Assembly: GCA_951406725.2 (NCBI GenBank) | Contig: OX597833.1 | Location: 47,740,001 to 47,804,000 of the forward strand | Direction: 5' to 3' | From: Octopus vulgaris | Lineage: Eukaryota | DNA: 64,000 nucleotides | Part shown: positions 11,924 to 25,486 of the stretch, piece by piece | How the letters are laid out: every line of letters begins with the position of its first letter | Numbering within the stretch: position 1 is the stretch's first letter | Position numbers and translations under genes: made by a program | Notes under the pieces: generated by a model | Databases searched by the model: none | The model's input: the letters and a program-made list of their open reading frames with translations, nothing else | What the model was told of the DNA's origin: nothing

Positions 11924-12170
11924 GCGCCCTTTTAAAGCCTAGCCAGGCTCATGGGCCCGGTTTCCTGGTTTCAGTGGTGTATGTGTTCCCCAGCTGGACG
12001 GGACGCCAGTCCATCGCAGCGTTACTCATTTTTGCCAGCTGAGTGGACTGGAGCAACGTGAAATGAAGTGTTTTGCTCAAGAACACAACGCATCGCCCGG
12101 TCCACGAATCGAAACCCCAATCTTACGATCATGATGCTGACACCCTAACCACTAAGCCACGCGCCTCCAC
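11924..12170 (-). mobile_element. tRNA-derived SINE family C (GGAGGCGCGTGGCTTAGTGG ... GTTTCGATTCC)
   Basis: A/B boxes and 16-bp TSD AGTTGTACCTATATAG. Copies at about 14906-15155, 19695-19947 (nested in SINE A, TSD CACCGGGCGAAAT) and 27354-27600; related heads at about 5590-5860, 13300-13495, 30003-30325, 33578-33905 and 47065-47370. Confidence 0.87.
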
Positions 12171-14480
12171 AGTTGTACCTATATAGCCATCACAAACCTT
12201 CTCACATAAGTATCAATGACACAGTTTATTACCCCCTCTTAAAATAGTTTCAAGTTAACAACCACAAAAGGAAACAAAACGTGCTAAGTGGGAATTCCTA
12301 ACAGCTAACATACTGTTGCTGTACATAACAGTACGATGGTTGGTGAGATAAAAAAATTCGCACGATTCAGTCAATGTTTCGTCACTGAAAGTCATATCCT
12401 AGATATTCATGAGTTACACAAGCAGGGATAATGTGCCTGATAAATTTGACAATATCTTTAAAAACAGTTCGTGAACTCAGAACAATGCTGGCTAAGTATA
12501 AACGGATGTTTGCCTGGTTAAGCTTATGCTGTTATGTTAACAATTGGTCACCTGATAAACAGTCACGTCAAGTTATGAAGCGTTGTATATGGAGCATAAT
12601 AATAATGAAATATCATGTGATGATGAGAAAACAAGGTCTCTGCTCTGCTAGATAGGTTTGGCTACAGCAACTCGAGCTCTGCACTGCAAGCAACAAAGTC
12701 CCCTTAACAATAGAGTGCTATACGTGAGCAATCTCATTTGTCCTTCGTGCGTGTGTTTGAACGTCTTTATCTTTATTTCATTCCTAACAACCGTCTGATG
12801 TCACGAGAAGGTGAAATCAAATAGTTTAACTTGCTGTGGATGTTCTTATCACTTTTACTAGTAGTTTTGCAATTATTGTTGCATTTCGTTTAGGTCCCCT
12901 GTATGATCTATTGGCCAAGTCCTTCGAGTATCGAATTACTTTGTGGTAATTGTTACGGGATTCTCCACTCTGGTCTTCTTCTTCTTTTTCATCTTCTTCT
13001 TCTTCTTCTTCTTCCAATCAGGACTCATGCTATTAGCCACAAAGAATAATCTCTAATTCGGGCCTACTCTAAGCTATTAAGAATGCGTGTGGCAATTTGA
13101 AGATCCACCCTCCACCACATGCGATAGACTGGCGGTTGCACGGGTGCGAAAGCTACGCTGTTATCCTCATTCCGTAAACGGTGTCTTTTAACGGGTGGAG
13201 AGCTGAACCATCCTGGGGTACAGAGGATTCGCAATCTAGACTTGGGTCTGAAAGTTTACCACACCATAGTGGGTTACACCATGGTTCATCTGCTTTAAGG
13301 CAAAAGTAGGAAGAAAGAGTGAGAGAAAATTGTGGTGAAAGAGTACAGCAGGGTTTGCCACCATCCCCTGTTAGAGCCTCGTGGAGCTTAGGTGTTTTTG
13401 CTCAATAAACACTCACAATGCCCGGTCTGGGAATCGAAACCGCGTTCTTACGACCGCGAGTCCGCTGACTTAACCACTGGGCAATTGCGCCTAAACACGG
13501 CTGTGGTTGTACCTGGAAAGAGAAGGGCTCCACTCGGGCTAAAAATGCCCAAGACACGCTGTATATCACAACGGCGCCCCTTCCACTCTGTCAAGAAGTT
13601 GACGACCCAAAGTTAGACAAGGCATATATATTTCTTTACTACCCAAAAGGGGCTAAACATAGAGGGGACAGACAAACGGATTAAGTCGATTACATCGACC
13701 CCAGTGCGAAACTGGTACTTTATTTATCGACCCCGAAAGGATGAAAGGCAAAGTCGACCTCGGCGGAATTTGAACTCAGAACGTAGCGGCAGACGAAATA
13801 CCTATTTCTTTACTACCCACAAGGGCTAAACACAGAGAGGACAAACAAGGACAGACAAACGGATTAAGTCGATTACATCGACCCCAGTGCGAAACTGGTA
13901 CTTAATTTATCGACCCCGAAATGATGAAAAGCAAAGTCGACCTCGGCGGAATTTGAACTCAGAACATAACGGCAGACGAAATACGGCTACGCATTTCGCC
14001 CGGCGTGCTAACGTTTCTGCCAGCTCGCCGCCTTGTAAAAATGAAATTCTAGCAAGTAATAAGGACTCGTTAGACATAATTAAAATTATATAAATACTGC
14101 ATCTGTCCAACGTAATTGAATGTGAAAATAGACTCATATAAATAGATTCAATAAAACAGATTCAATAAATCTTTTGAATTCAAAGAATCTGTGATTTTCT
14201 TCCTTTCAAATTAAGAGGTAACGTCGGCGTAAATAAATATATTTGGTGTAAATAGGTTTAAAAAGTTCTCCGACCCCTGGTTTACTTGAATAAATTGACT
14301 GGCCCCAGTACTCATTTTTTAAAATCTGGACATTATTTTATCATATCGCTAAGATAGGGGATGTAAACAAGATAACACTGGTTGTCAAACACAAAGACAC
14401 ACACACACACAGATATAGATATATATATCGGATCTATTTTTAGCGCAAGAGCATCCACATAGTGGATTCTCTCTTATATT

Positions 14481-14622
<142 letters not shown>

Positions 14623-16850
14623 ACAGGCTATCACAGAATTTCCGTCTACCAAATTCATTTCACAAGGTTACAAGGTATTGGTTGCCCCGGGGGCTATCGT
14701 AGAAAACCGCTATCATGGAAGACTCTTGCCCAGGGTACTGTGCAATGACACTGAACCCTAATCCACGTGCTTCCAAACCGACCGTCTAAACTACAGAGCT
14801 GGACCTGTAAAAACATCATTTTATATCTTCAGATTGTTCTCAATGTACCAAACTGGCCAGTTCTGAAGCTTCTCTTATTTAGTTGGCAAGAAATCCCTTA
14901 ACCTGTGGAGGCGCGTGACTTAGTGGTTAGGGTGTCAGCATCATGATCGTAAGATTATGGTTTCGATTCCTGGACCGAGCGACGCGTTGTGTTCTTGAGC
15001 AAAACACTTCATTTCACGTTGCTCCAGTCCACTCAGCTGGCAAAAATGAATAACGCTGCGATGGACTGGCGTCCCGTCCAACTGGGGAACACATATGCCA
15101 TAGAAACCGGGAAACCGGGCCCATGAGCCTGGCTAGGCTTTAAAAGGGCGCATATATTTTTATTTAAATTCCTTAACTTGGATAAGATAAAACAGTCACA
15201 GACAAGTTATAGAAGATGCTGGAAGTTGTTTTACTTTGGTCTAGTCATGAGCAAACTGCGGCCCGGAGTTCTTCCTGAATGGCACATATAACAAATAATT
15301 ACCATAATTTTTTTTTTGTGGTGGGGTGCGGCCATGTCTCATGCAGTTTGCTTCTCGGAAAAGGTTACTCATTTCTGCTTTCTTCCTATGTCCTTCACCT
15401 AGCAAAATCATTCCAAATGAATATAACTTATTTGTTGTTGTTGTTTTGCTTTCCACCTATAATAATGAAAATACTAATGCTGCGGAAGTATTGAGTATTG
15501 TAGTCTATTGTAAACAATGCTTTTTCCTTTCTCAGTCACATAATTTTAAAGTATATTTCTGCCAATAATCAACCAGAAGTTTGGCTTGAATTTACAAAAC
15601 ATTCGGCTGTTTGACACTACTTCACGTCCCAGCATACTTTCTATTCAGCTGTCATTTGCTAATTTGCTAATTATAATAATTATACTTAGTTGGCTTCACA
15701 ATTAATATTTAATTGTTAAATGTCCGTTGATCGGAGCCATCCACTTTGGCAGAAGAGCACAAATGATTTGGCATAACTAAAGTCTGTCGTTAGCAGCCGA
15801 CAACATCGTCTGCAAAGCTTGGCTTCATAGCAATTTATTTAAAGCTGACCCACTTTTACGCAACGAAGATGACGTTTGCTGTTTCGTCAATATCTTATGA
15901 CATGGCTACAGTAAATAGATCGCTGCACTCAGGCAAGCAAATTCGCACACATATTCATGCATACGTGTAGGTATACATACATTTGTATTAACGTGCATGC
16001 ATACGAAATACGTACGTGCATATTGGCATGCATACGTGCACACACATCCATCCATAGATACACATACATGCACACACATACACATGCATATACATATATA
16101 GATATACAAATAGATACATATACATGCACACTTAAACACACATACATACATGCACACCGATATAATGCATACGTACATACATGCACACATACATTCCTAC
16201 ATTTATGCATACACATACATATCTGTGATAGCATTGAACAATTTCCCAAGGGTACCTTCTGCAACAAGGAAAATATTAAGTGTAGGAAAGCTACCAAACC
16301 TGAAGTGGAGGCTTAAAACAACGTATGTGTGTGTGTGGTCAACCTATATAATCCTGGTTACGATATATAACTATTCAGAATGTTACTGTTGGCTTTTGTG
16401 TCGAAACTAACGATAAATCTAGCTAGTTAGGTATCTATTTATCTATCGTTTTATCTTTTACTTGTTTCAGTCATTTGACTGCAGCCATGTTGGGGCGCCG
16501 CCTTGAAGGGTTTAGTCGAACAAGTCGAACCCAGGACTTATTTTTTAGGCTTAGTACTTATTCTATTGGTCTGTTTTTGCCGAACCGCTATTTTACGGGA
16601 ACGTAAACACACCAACACCAGTTGTCAAGCGGTGGTGGAGGAGAAACAAAGACACACACACACACATAGATATTTACATATATATATACGATGGGTTTCT
16701 TTCAGTTTCCGTCTACTAAATCCACTCGCAAGGCTTTGGTCGGCCCGAGGCTATAGAAGAAGACACTTGCTCAAGAAACCACGCAGTGGTACTGAACTCG
16801 GGACCATGTGGCTGGGAAGCAAGTTTCTTACCACACTTCCACGATTGTGC

Positions 16851-16881
<31 letters not shown>

Positions 16882-17299
16882 AAATGTAACCACATGTGAA
16901 TCGTTGATGATTTTCTTCCTCCGTCTTCCTTTTCTATTGGATTTCCCTCTGCTCGAAACGTTAAACCATCTTTCTTTCTTTCCCTCAGCGTCTGTAATGC
17001 TTTACATGTACCACGTCCTTGCGTTGTTGTTGTTTTTTGTGTTTATTCGTTATTTTGTAGGGGGGATTTACTATATATGCGTGTGTGTGATGTATATTTG
17101 CCACTTAAATGTGGCTAACCACTAAGGGTGGATGCAACTGTAGCTTGTAGCCCCAGGAGAACATCTCCAGCTGGCTATTGACACACTATCTGTGCCCTGT
17201 CGAAGACCGGTGATTCTATGTGTGTGTTTGCATATATGTATGTATATGTGTGTGTGTGTGTGTGTGTATTTAAGGACTGTATCAAGTCCTCATTTGAGG

Positions 17300-17565
17300 C
17301 CTGTGATATTTAAGGAGAGGGTCGACACCTTTGAAAAAGCACGTATTCTTCATGAAGAATTCAAGCGTGCTACTCGAAAGCACACTGCTAGCGTAGTGAA
17401 TGGGGAAAGCTTGGTTTGCAATGTTTGCAGTCGTGTATGCTTGTCAAGAGCAGGGTTCATTAGCAACCAACGGAGCCGCAAATGCAAAATATAAGTTAGT
17501 CCTAGAGCGCACAATGTTCCTAAAGGTCAGCAATGGTCCTCCACTGTCACCAGTGGACGGCCATC
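17300..17565 (+). mobile_element. 3' end of an RTE-clade LINE (decayed)
   Basis: FEKARILHEEFKRATRK...LVCNVCSRVCLSRAGFISNQRS: the C-terminal CxxC...SRAGL.SH-type finger found at RTE ORF ends. Confidence 0.65.
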
Positions 17566-17580
17566 ATGTGTGTGTGTGTG

Positions 17581-17618
<38 letters not shown>

Positions 17619-17719
17619 TGTGAGTGTGTGTGCGTGTGTTTATGTCATGCTTGTATAGTATGTATGCGTGCGTGCAGGTATATATGCGTGTATATATTAT
17701 GTATGAATGTCCCATGGAA

Positions 17720-18030
17720 GATCAACTATATGCAACATCCTTCCTCCTAGACAGGGTAATTGGATGAGTGGAGTGTGTGTAAAGGCTTGCAAATCGATTT
17801 CGAGTTTTGAAGAGAGATATACGGCGGTACACAGAGATCATATCTTACAAAGTGATCCGATCAATCCAGAGCAAGTTACAGCTTTTATTTGTCACCTATG
17901 CTTCAAACCATGTAAATTTTCAATGAGACTGAATAGAGATCTGAAAGGTCATAGGCGGGAGATCAGAAATGCCATTGAAAACGAGGAAGCTCAGAGAGAC
18001 GGCAATTATCTTGAAGATGAGGTAATCATC
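17720..18030 (+). mobile_element. Second RTE-like LINE 3' fragment
   Basis: SSFEER...FICHLCFKPCKFSMRLNRDLKGH, a degenerate terminal finger. Confidence 0.55.
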
Positions 18031-18859
18031 ATACATATATGCGTGTATGCACAAATGCATGTATGTATGATTGTATGTATATTCTTTGGGGGGGGGGGCT
18101 TCATGGATTTTAAGCAGATACACCGACTCAATAATTATTGTTTTCTACCTGGGAAGAATAAAAGGCAAAATCGATTTCAGGGATATATGAGCTCTTTCGA
18201 GGGATACATGAGACCGTGTACGCATGACAGAATACGTAAATAATGAGTCCACAGCGATGCGATGTTCAAAGGAAATGAGAGGACGTTCGGTGAAGATGGA
18301 GGAGATGGAAGTTGTGTAATATGATGCAATGAGGTCACACGTGATCACGTGACCGACCAGATGGTGGTTGCACATCGATCACGTGACCGACCAGATGTTA
18401 TTGCACATCGGTGGTCACAACGCGTTTTGCATTGTTTTAACCTTCAAATGATGCCACCCCGCTGGCTAAGCCAGTAGGTCTACACCCCCACCCCAAGAAA
18501 GGGAGACTGGAGTTACGTGAAACGAAGTGTTTTGCTCAAGACCAAAACGCGCCGCCCAATCAAGGAATCGAACCCACGATCTAGCGATCGTGAGTTCAAC
18601 AGCCTAACCTCGAGGCCAGGTCCTTTCACCTAGGCCACGCACCTTCACCTAAGCCTCACGCCTTCACACGCACCTTGACGAGATGAGGTAGCACATTAAT
18701 AATAATCATTGTAGGAGTAGGAGCGGCTGTGTCGTAAGTAGCTTATTCTATCGGTTTTTTTGCCGAACCGTTAAGTTACGGGGACATAAACACACCAGCA
18801 TCGGTTGTCAAGCGATGGTGGGGGGACAAATACAGACACACATACACACACACACACAC

Positions 18860-18890
<31 letters not shown>

Positions 18891-21287
18891 CGACGGACTT
18901 CTTTCAGTGTCCGCCTACCAAATCCACTAACAAGGATTTGGTTGTCCCGAGGCTATAGTAGAAGACACTTGCCCAAGGTGCCACGCAGTGGGTCTGAACC
19001 CGGAACCATGTGGTTGGTAAGCAAGCTACTTACCACACAGTCACTCCTGCGCTTAGTTGTTCTTTTTTTTATGTTCTCGGATACAGAAAGATTGGCGTCG
19101 ACAACTTTTCGTTTATCCCAAGTCAATAAGATAAGTATTAGTCATACGGTGAGATCGATCCTATCAACTTTACCTGTCGCTTACTTAGTCATCAACAAAT
19201 ATGTTACGTTGGGCCAACAAAGGAATTTATATGCAGTCGCTTGACTTGCAGAAATAGCAAGCAAATCTCACTCAAATAATATCTTACCACCTTAAAGTAT
19301 AAGGGGACTCGGTAGATAATGTAGTCTCAGACACTTCTAAAAATAAAATGGGACGGCCATATCTGTGAATACCTTTGAGTGTGTGATAGCTCGATCAGTA
19401 TTAAGCCAGAGCCAAACAACAACGTATGTAGCCATGAGTCAAACTGAGAAATCAATAATAACACTGAATATATAAATATATATTTGTGTTTTGAATAGGT
19501 TTACATATATTCTTGTATACGTATATAGTTATTTGTTTACGATATCTCAGTTTGTGTCACAGCGATGATTGCAGTTGACTAACGTTAACTGCACGAAACC
19601 TCTAGGCACAGAGATTTTGATAGACTTTAAAGGTTAAGGCGGCGAGCGGGCAGAAACGTTGGCACACCGGGCGAAATAATAAATAAATAAATAAATGCGC
19701 CCTTTTAAAGCCTAGCCAGGCTCATGGGGGCCCGGTTTCCCCGGTTTCAATGGCGTATGTGTTCCCCAGCTGGACGGAACGCCAGTCCATCGCAGCGTTA
19801 CTCATTTTTGCCAGCTGAGTGGACTGGAGCAACGTGAAGTGAAGTGTTTTGCTCAAGAACACAACGCGTCGCCCGGTCCAGGAATCAAAACCACAATCTT
19901 ACGATCATGATGCTGACACCCGAACCACTCAGCCACGCACCTCCACTCACCGGGCGAAATGCTTAGCGGTATTTTGTCTGCCGCTACGTTCTGAGTTCAA
20001 ATTCCGCCGAGGTCGACTTTGCCTTTCATCCTTTCGGGGTCGATTAAATAAGTACCAGTTATGCACTGGGGTCGATATAATCGACTTAATCCGTTTGTCT
20101 CTCCTTGTTTGTCCTCTCTGTGTTTAGCCCCTAGTGGGTAGTAAAGAAATAGGTATTTCTTCTGTCTTCGTGTTCTGAGTTCAAATTGAACTCAGAACAC
20201 GAAGACAGAAGAAATACCTATTTCTTTATTACCCACAAGGGGCTAAACACATGAATCGCCTCTAATTGAGCTAAACTCATTTGCTGCGTCTAAAACTGAG
20301 ACAACATCCTGTCACTAACCCTACACCTCAATATTTTGTTTGTTAATCATTTTCCATGTTAAATTATTTTCCATTGCTTTCGTTTTTTTTACACGTGTAA
20401 CAATTAAATTAATTTAACAATTAAGAAAAAAAAATTTAGGGTTAGGGTTAGAGTTAGGGTGAGGTGTAGGGTTTTTGATAGGATGTTGTCTCAAATGATT
20501 TTAGCTCAATGGAGGTAATCGATTGGTTAAAATTGTCGAAATGCTCGAAATTTCAGACGAAATATCTTACAAACTATAGAATTTTCTCAATAAAACCAAG
20601 AGAAAATGATGTTTTATAAACACATTCAACCAGTATACGAAGTTTAAAACTTTTTAGTTACCTAGAAATTATGTTACAAAGTGCCGTTCAAAAGGAAAAG
20701 ATCCAAGTTGATCGTAAGTAAAAAATACTGAGGTTGATTCATTCGACTGAAAATTCTTCAAGGCGGTGCCCCAGCATGGACGCTGTCTAACGACTGAAAC
20801 AAGTAATAAAAAAGTAATAAAAATAAAAGATATTGTCCCAATTCAGCCCCAAATTATTTATGGTAACAATACAGGAAATATAATTTTGTTTCCTTCAATG
20901 TATACCATTATAAGAAGTGGAGGAGAGCAGAAGAGTTCATTCCAAAAATATACTTTCTGTATTTAATGCTGAAACTTTGAAACATGAGCTCCAAATTGAC
21001 ATCTGAGTAAGATAATATTTTTGACATTTGGCGTGAATAAACTTGTTTATGATACTTAAAAATCTTGCTTAAAGTTCATCAATGATTATTAGCGCAACAT
21101 TGTTAAGCGCACTTTGATTCATAATGTTTATTTGGGTAATTTTTTTGTTTCTGTTTCCTATGTTTTGTTTTTGTTTTTGTTTTATCCTTTGAGCTTTGGA
21201 AATCGCTGTTTACCACTGCATAAGAGTCGAAATACAAACAACAAAATCCACTAGGAAAGATTTCAAGTTGGTTTTCTGTAAATAGGT

Positions 21288-21297
21288 CTTTTTCTTT

Positions 21298-21347
<50 letters not shown>

Positions 21348-21422
21348 TTCTTTCTTTCTTTCCTTCTTTCCTTCTTTCCTTCCTTCTTTCTTTCTTTCTT
21401 TCTTTTTCTTTCTTTCTTTCCT

Positions 21423-21470
<48 letters not shown>

Positions 21471-21578
21471 TCCTTCTTTCCTTCCTTCCTTTCTTTCTTT
21501 CCTTCCGTTTTCTTTCCTTCTTTTCTTTCTTTCTTTCTTTCTTTCTTTCTTTCCTTTCTTTCTTTCTTTCTTTTCCTT
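21288..21578. repeat. (TTTC/TTCC)n polypyrimidine microsatellite
   Basis: Read directly from the sequence. Confidence 0.97.
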
Positions 21579-21942
21579 CAAATGGGCAACAAAATTAGTT
21601 TTCAATGACTCACTAAGTTGCCCATACAGCTTTATGGATATATAGACAATAAAATAAGAAGACATCTACACATTATCTTTGATGTAAGTGTAACACACAC
21701 GCACATACATGCACACACAAACATAATTTAATACATTTATAAACACACACACACACACAAACACACACACAAACACACACACACATGATGGATTCTCTCG
21801 TCGGATCCCTGGTTACTATTCTGGTTCAGAGTAGACCCGAGAACAATTGTGGTTAAAAGGTGTTCTACACTCCTCAAAAACTCGGAACTCCCGAACCAAA
21901 GCTACACAACCGGATGCAGTTTAAAGCCATACTCAGGACAAA

Positions 21943-22052
<110 letters not shown>

Positions 22053-23383
22053 TATACTTAAACACACATATATATTTATATATATATATATATTTACATA
22101 CACATTCACATTAGTTATCTTTTACATGTTTCAGTCATTTGAAGGGTTTTAGTCGAACAAATTGACCTCAGGACTTGTTTTTTTATAAGCCTGGTACTTA
22201 TTCTATCGGTCTCTCATGGCAGAACTGCTAGGTTACGCGGATGTAAACACACTAACACCGGTTGTCAAGCGGTGAAAAGGGACAAACACAGACATAGAGA
22301 CGTGCGCACATACACACATTTATGTATATATGCAACGGGCTTATTTCAGTTTCTGTCTACCAAATCCACTCACAAGGCTCTAGTCGCCCCGAGGCTATAA
22401 CAGAAGACATTTGCCCAAGGTGTCAACGCAGTGGGATTGAACCGGGAACCATGTGGTTGGAAAGCAAGCTTCTTACCACACAGCCATACCTGTGAAAGGG
22501 GTCTAAATGGATTTTAGTAGGGTTGTTTTTTTTAATCTTTTATCGAGTGCCTTTTACTTGTTTCATGAACAGAACTGTGACCATGCTATAGTGTACCTAT
22601 TTCTTTATTACCCACAAGGGGCTAAACACAGAGGGGACAAACAAGGACAGACATAGGTATTAAGTCGATTACATCGACCCCAGTACGTAACTGGTACTTA
22701 ATTTATCGACCCCGAAAGGATGAAAGGCAAAGTCGACCTCGGTGGAATTTGAACTCAGAACGTGACGGCAGACGAAATACCGCTAAGCATTTCGCCCGGC
22801 GTGCTAACGTTTCTGCCAGCTTGCCGCCTTGCTATAGTATACCGCCTTGAAGAATTTAGTAGCACAAATCGACATAAACAAACCAACACTGGTTATCAAG
22901 CGTTGTGGCGAAGGACAAACTCAGAGACATGAACATACACATACACACACGTGTGTGTGTGTGTGTGTAGACAGATAAGATAGATATGGCCGGCTTATTG
23001 GATTACCCAGGGTTTAACGTCCATAAAGCGCTTAGCTTCACAGCATCTCTTCAGAAACTAAACCGGCCATAACTAACTTTATCTAATTAACTGCTCTATA
23101 ACTTAAGGTGTGCTTCTCTTTCAGATTTATGATGTAATGACGATACGGCTTCGAATGACCCGTCCTTGTTTTTTTGTATCGCCTATCTGGATGTTTTGTT
23201 GTCCCTTTTTGTATCACCTAGTTGTCCGGATGTTTTGCGTTCTTGTCCCATTTTGTATTTTATATATATCACGGGATCACGGGACCGACCAGACCATCAG
23301 ATGTTGTTACACATCGCTGGTCACAATGCGTTCGCATTGTTTTAGCCTTCAAATGACGCCGCCCCGCTGGCTAAGCGAGCAGG

Positions 23384-23469
<86 letters not shown>

Positions 23470-24410
23470 CAGGCGCGGTCCCAGGAATTTTTCGGAGGGC
23501 ACAAAGTCAGAAGGAAATACAATTCCAGGAGAAAAGGGTGTAATAATATTATTTAGAAAGGCGCACTTCTTTTCGGAGGGGGGGACGAGCACCCTCAGCG
23601 CTCCCCCCCCCCCTTGGGTCCGCCCTTGATATATATGACGTGCTTCCACACAGTTTCAGTCCAACAAATCCACTTACAAGGCACTGATCAGCCGAGGCGG
23701 TCGTAAAAGACACTCAGGGTACCTTGCGATGAAACCGAACCCAAAACCGCGTGGTTGCAAAGCGAGTGTCTTAAGCACAGAGCTATACCTGCACCCAAGA
23801 GAAAACATGATTCGGCATTAGTTTAATCTGGTTCTGCCTACCACAATTCGAAGAACAATTTCTAAAAGGAACATGACTTTATCAGCAATTCATCATGTGA
23901 CCAAAAAGTTTTATTAATTTTTTTTTCTTCCGAGTATCAAAGGTCTCCACGTACACTGGTGCAGTTATTGTTCGACCACAAATACGAAACTGAGAATGAA
24001 CAGTAACGATAAAACGTTTCTGCGTGTAAATGGCTAGTGTTGTGATTTGGTATCGAGTTGATACGGACCAGATGAACACAAATTCTGTGGAGACTTTAAA
24101 TACAAAAATATTTACTCTTATCATTAACTACTAAATTTTGTCGTTATCAAGAATAACATTCGTCGCTATCTTGCGTTTCTTGGAGTGAGCTGGTTAGAGA
24201 ATGTATAGTTGCAGACGACACCATCGTCAACGTCGTCGACATTGTCCTGGTGCAACGGACACTGCGCTAGTCTGCTTTCTGGTTTTCTACTGCTATCTGC
24301 TCCAGCTTCCATTGGCTAGTGGCAAACATATACAACCGATAGTCTCTGCAGGAAAAGCGTGCCAATGATTTTATTCTAGTCCGCCAGAAGTTTTTGAATG
24401 GTTTAATGAT

Positions 24411-24426
24411 TTGATGACGTCATCAA
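24411..24426. promoter_or_regulatory. Extended CRE/ATF palindrome in a repeat-free, CpG-retaining island
   Basis: TTGATGACGTCATCAA, a perfect 16-bp palindrome; CCAAT at 24362 and ATTGG at 24311. Confidence 0.35.
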
Positions 24427-24558
24427 TATTTGGGCGAATCACGTTCGTGTTACGGAGCTGTTTGTTTGTATCGGATAGCGGTCCCAGTTCCGTTTCTCAG
24501 TGTTTTGTGACTGCCAAATATTCATGCGGCAAATCTGAATAACTAAAACACTAACAAA

Positions 24559-24980
24559 GGATCTTTTCGGTTTGAACGGCAGTTTTTTTTTAATAATTTC
24601 CACGTAACTAAACACTTTTAAACTTCGTATACTGGTAGAATATGTTTATAAAATATCTTTTTCTCTTGGCTTTATTGAGAAAATTCTATTGTTTGTAAGA
24701 TATTTGTTGTCGTTTTTTTCTTTAATTTCTGCAATTTCAACTAATCACTGACGTCTATTGAGTTAAAAAGCATTCTGTGCCGTATGAATATGTCCCTCGT
24801 TTAAGAAACAGATTGGGTTTATTTACATTTGTGAAGAAAAAAAAGATACCATTCCCCCCACCCCTAACCCTAACCCTAAAACAGACTGAAATGCAATAGA
24901 TCGATACTAGGGTCATAATTATGGGTGACAATTTCATATGACACCGCTAGAAAAAACTGCCGTTCAAACCGAAAAGATCC
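24559..24980. mobile_element. Same MITE family, 8-bp TSD CTAACAAA
   Basis: TIRs plus TSD at 24551-24558 and 24981-24988. Confidence 0.93.
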
Positions 24981-25021
24981 CTAACAAAGTGTAACATTGG
25001 GATAGATCAAAGGTTCTTAAC

Positions 25022-25069
<48 letters not shown>

Positions 25070-25443
25070 CATCCTCCACCTTTTAAGTTGTTGTTATGTC
25101 TAGCGGACATTCAAGTGACGAGTGAGGTATCACGGCTAAATTAACTTAACATGGACGATAATTTAAATGGATTCTATAAGTTTTTAATAGTGAAATAATA
25201 AAAACAATTAATAAGGACAATTAATAAGGACAAAAACGGTAAATTTACTTTATACTGAAACAAGTAAAAGAATAAGAGAAGAAAAAATACCGGCGAGCCT
25301 GTGAGAAGCTTGCTTCCCAACCACATTGTTTCGGGTTCAATCCTATTGCGTGGCACCTTGGGCAAGTGTCTTCTACTATATAGTCTCAGACTGACCAAAG
25401 CCTTGTGAGTGAATTTGGTAGACGGAAACTGAAATAAGCCCGT

Positions 25444-25486
<43 letters not shown>

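Noticed and set aside
14906-14980. tRNA-like sequences with A/B boxes
   Set aside because: These are heads of multicopy SINEs with bodies and TSDs, not tRNA genes
15906-16410. Cluster of overlapping His/Tyr/Cys-rich ORFs
   Set aside because: Degenerate (CA/TA)n low-complexity sequence
21210-21665. 151-aa Lys/Glu/Arg-rich ORF
   Set aside because: (TTTC)n microsatellite artefact
22986-23070. ATGGCCGG...CCGGCCAT stem as a possible pre-miRNA
   Set aside because: Only ~8-15 bp pair and the interior does not; it resembles the end of the TTAA MITE family
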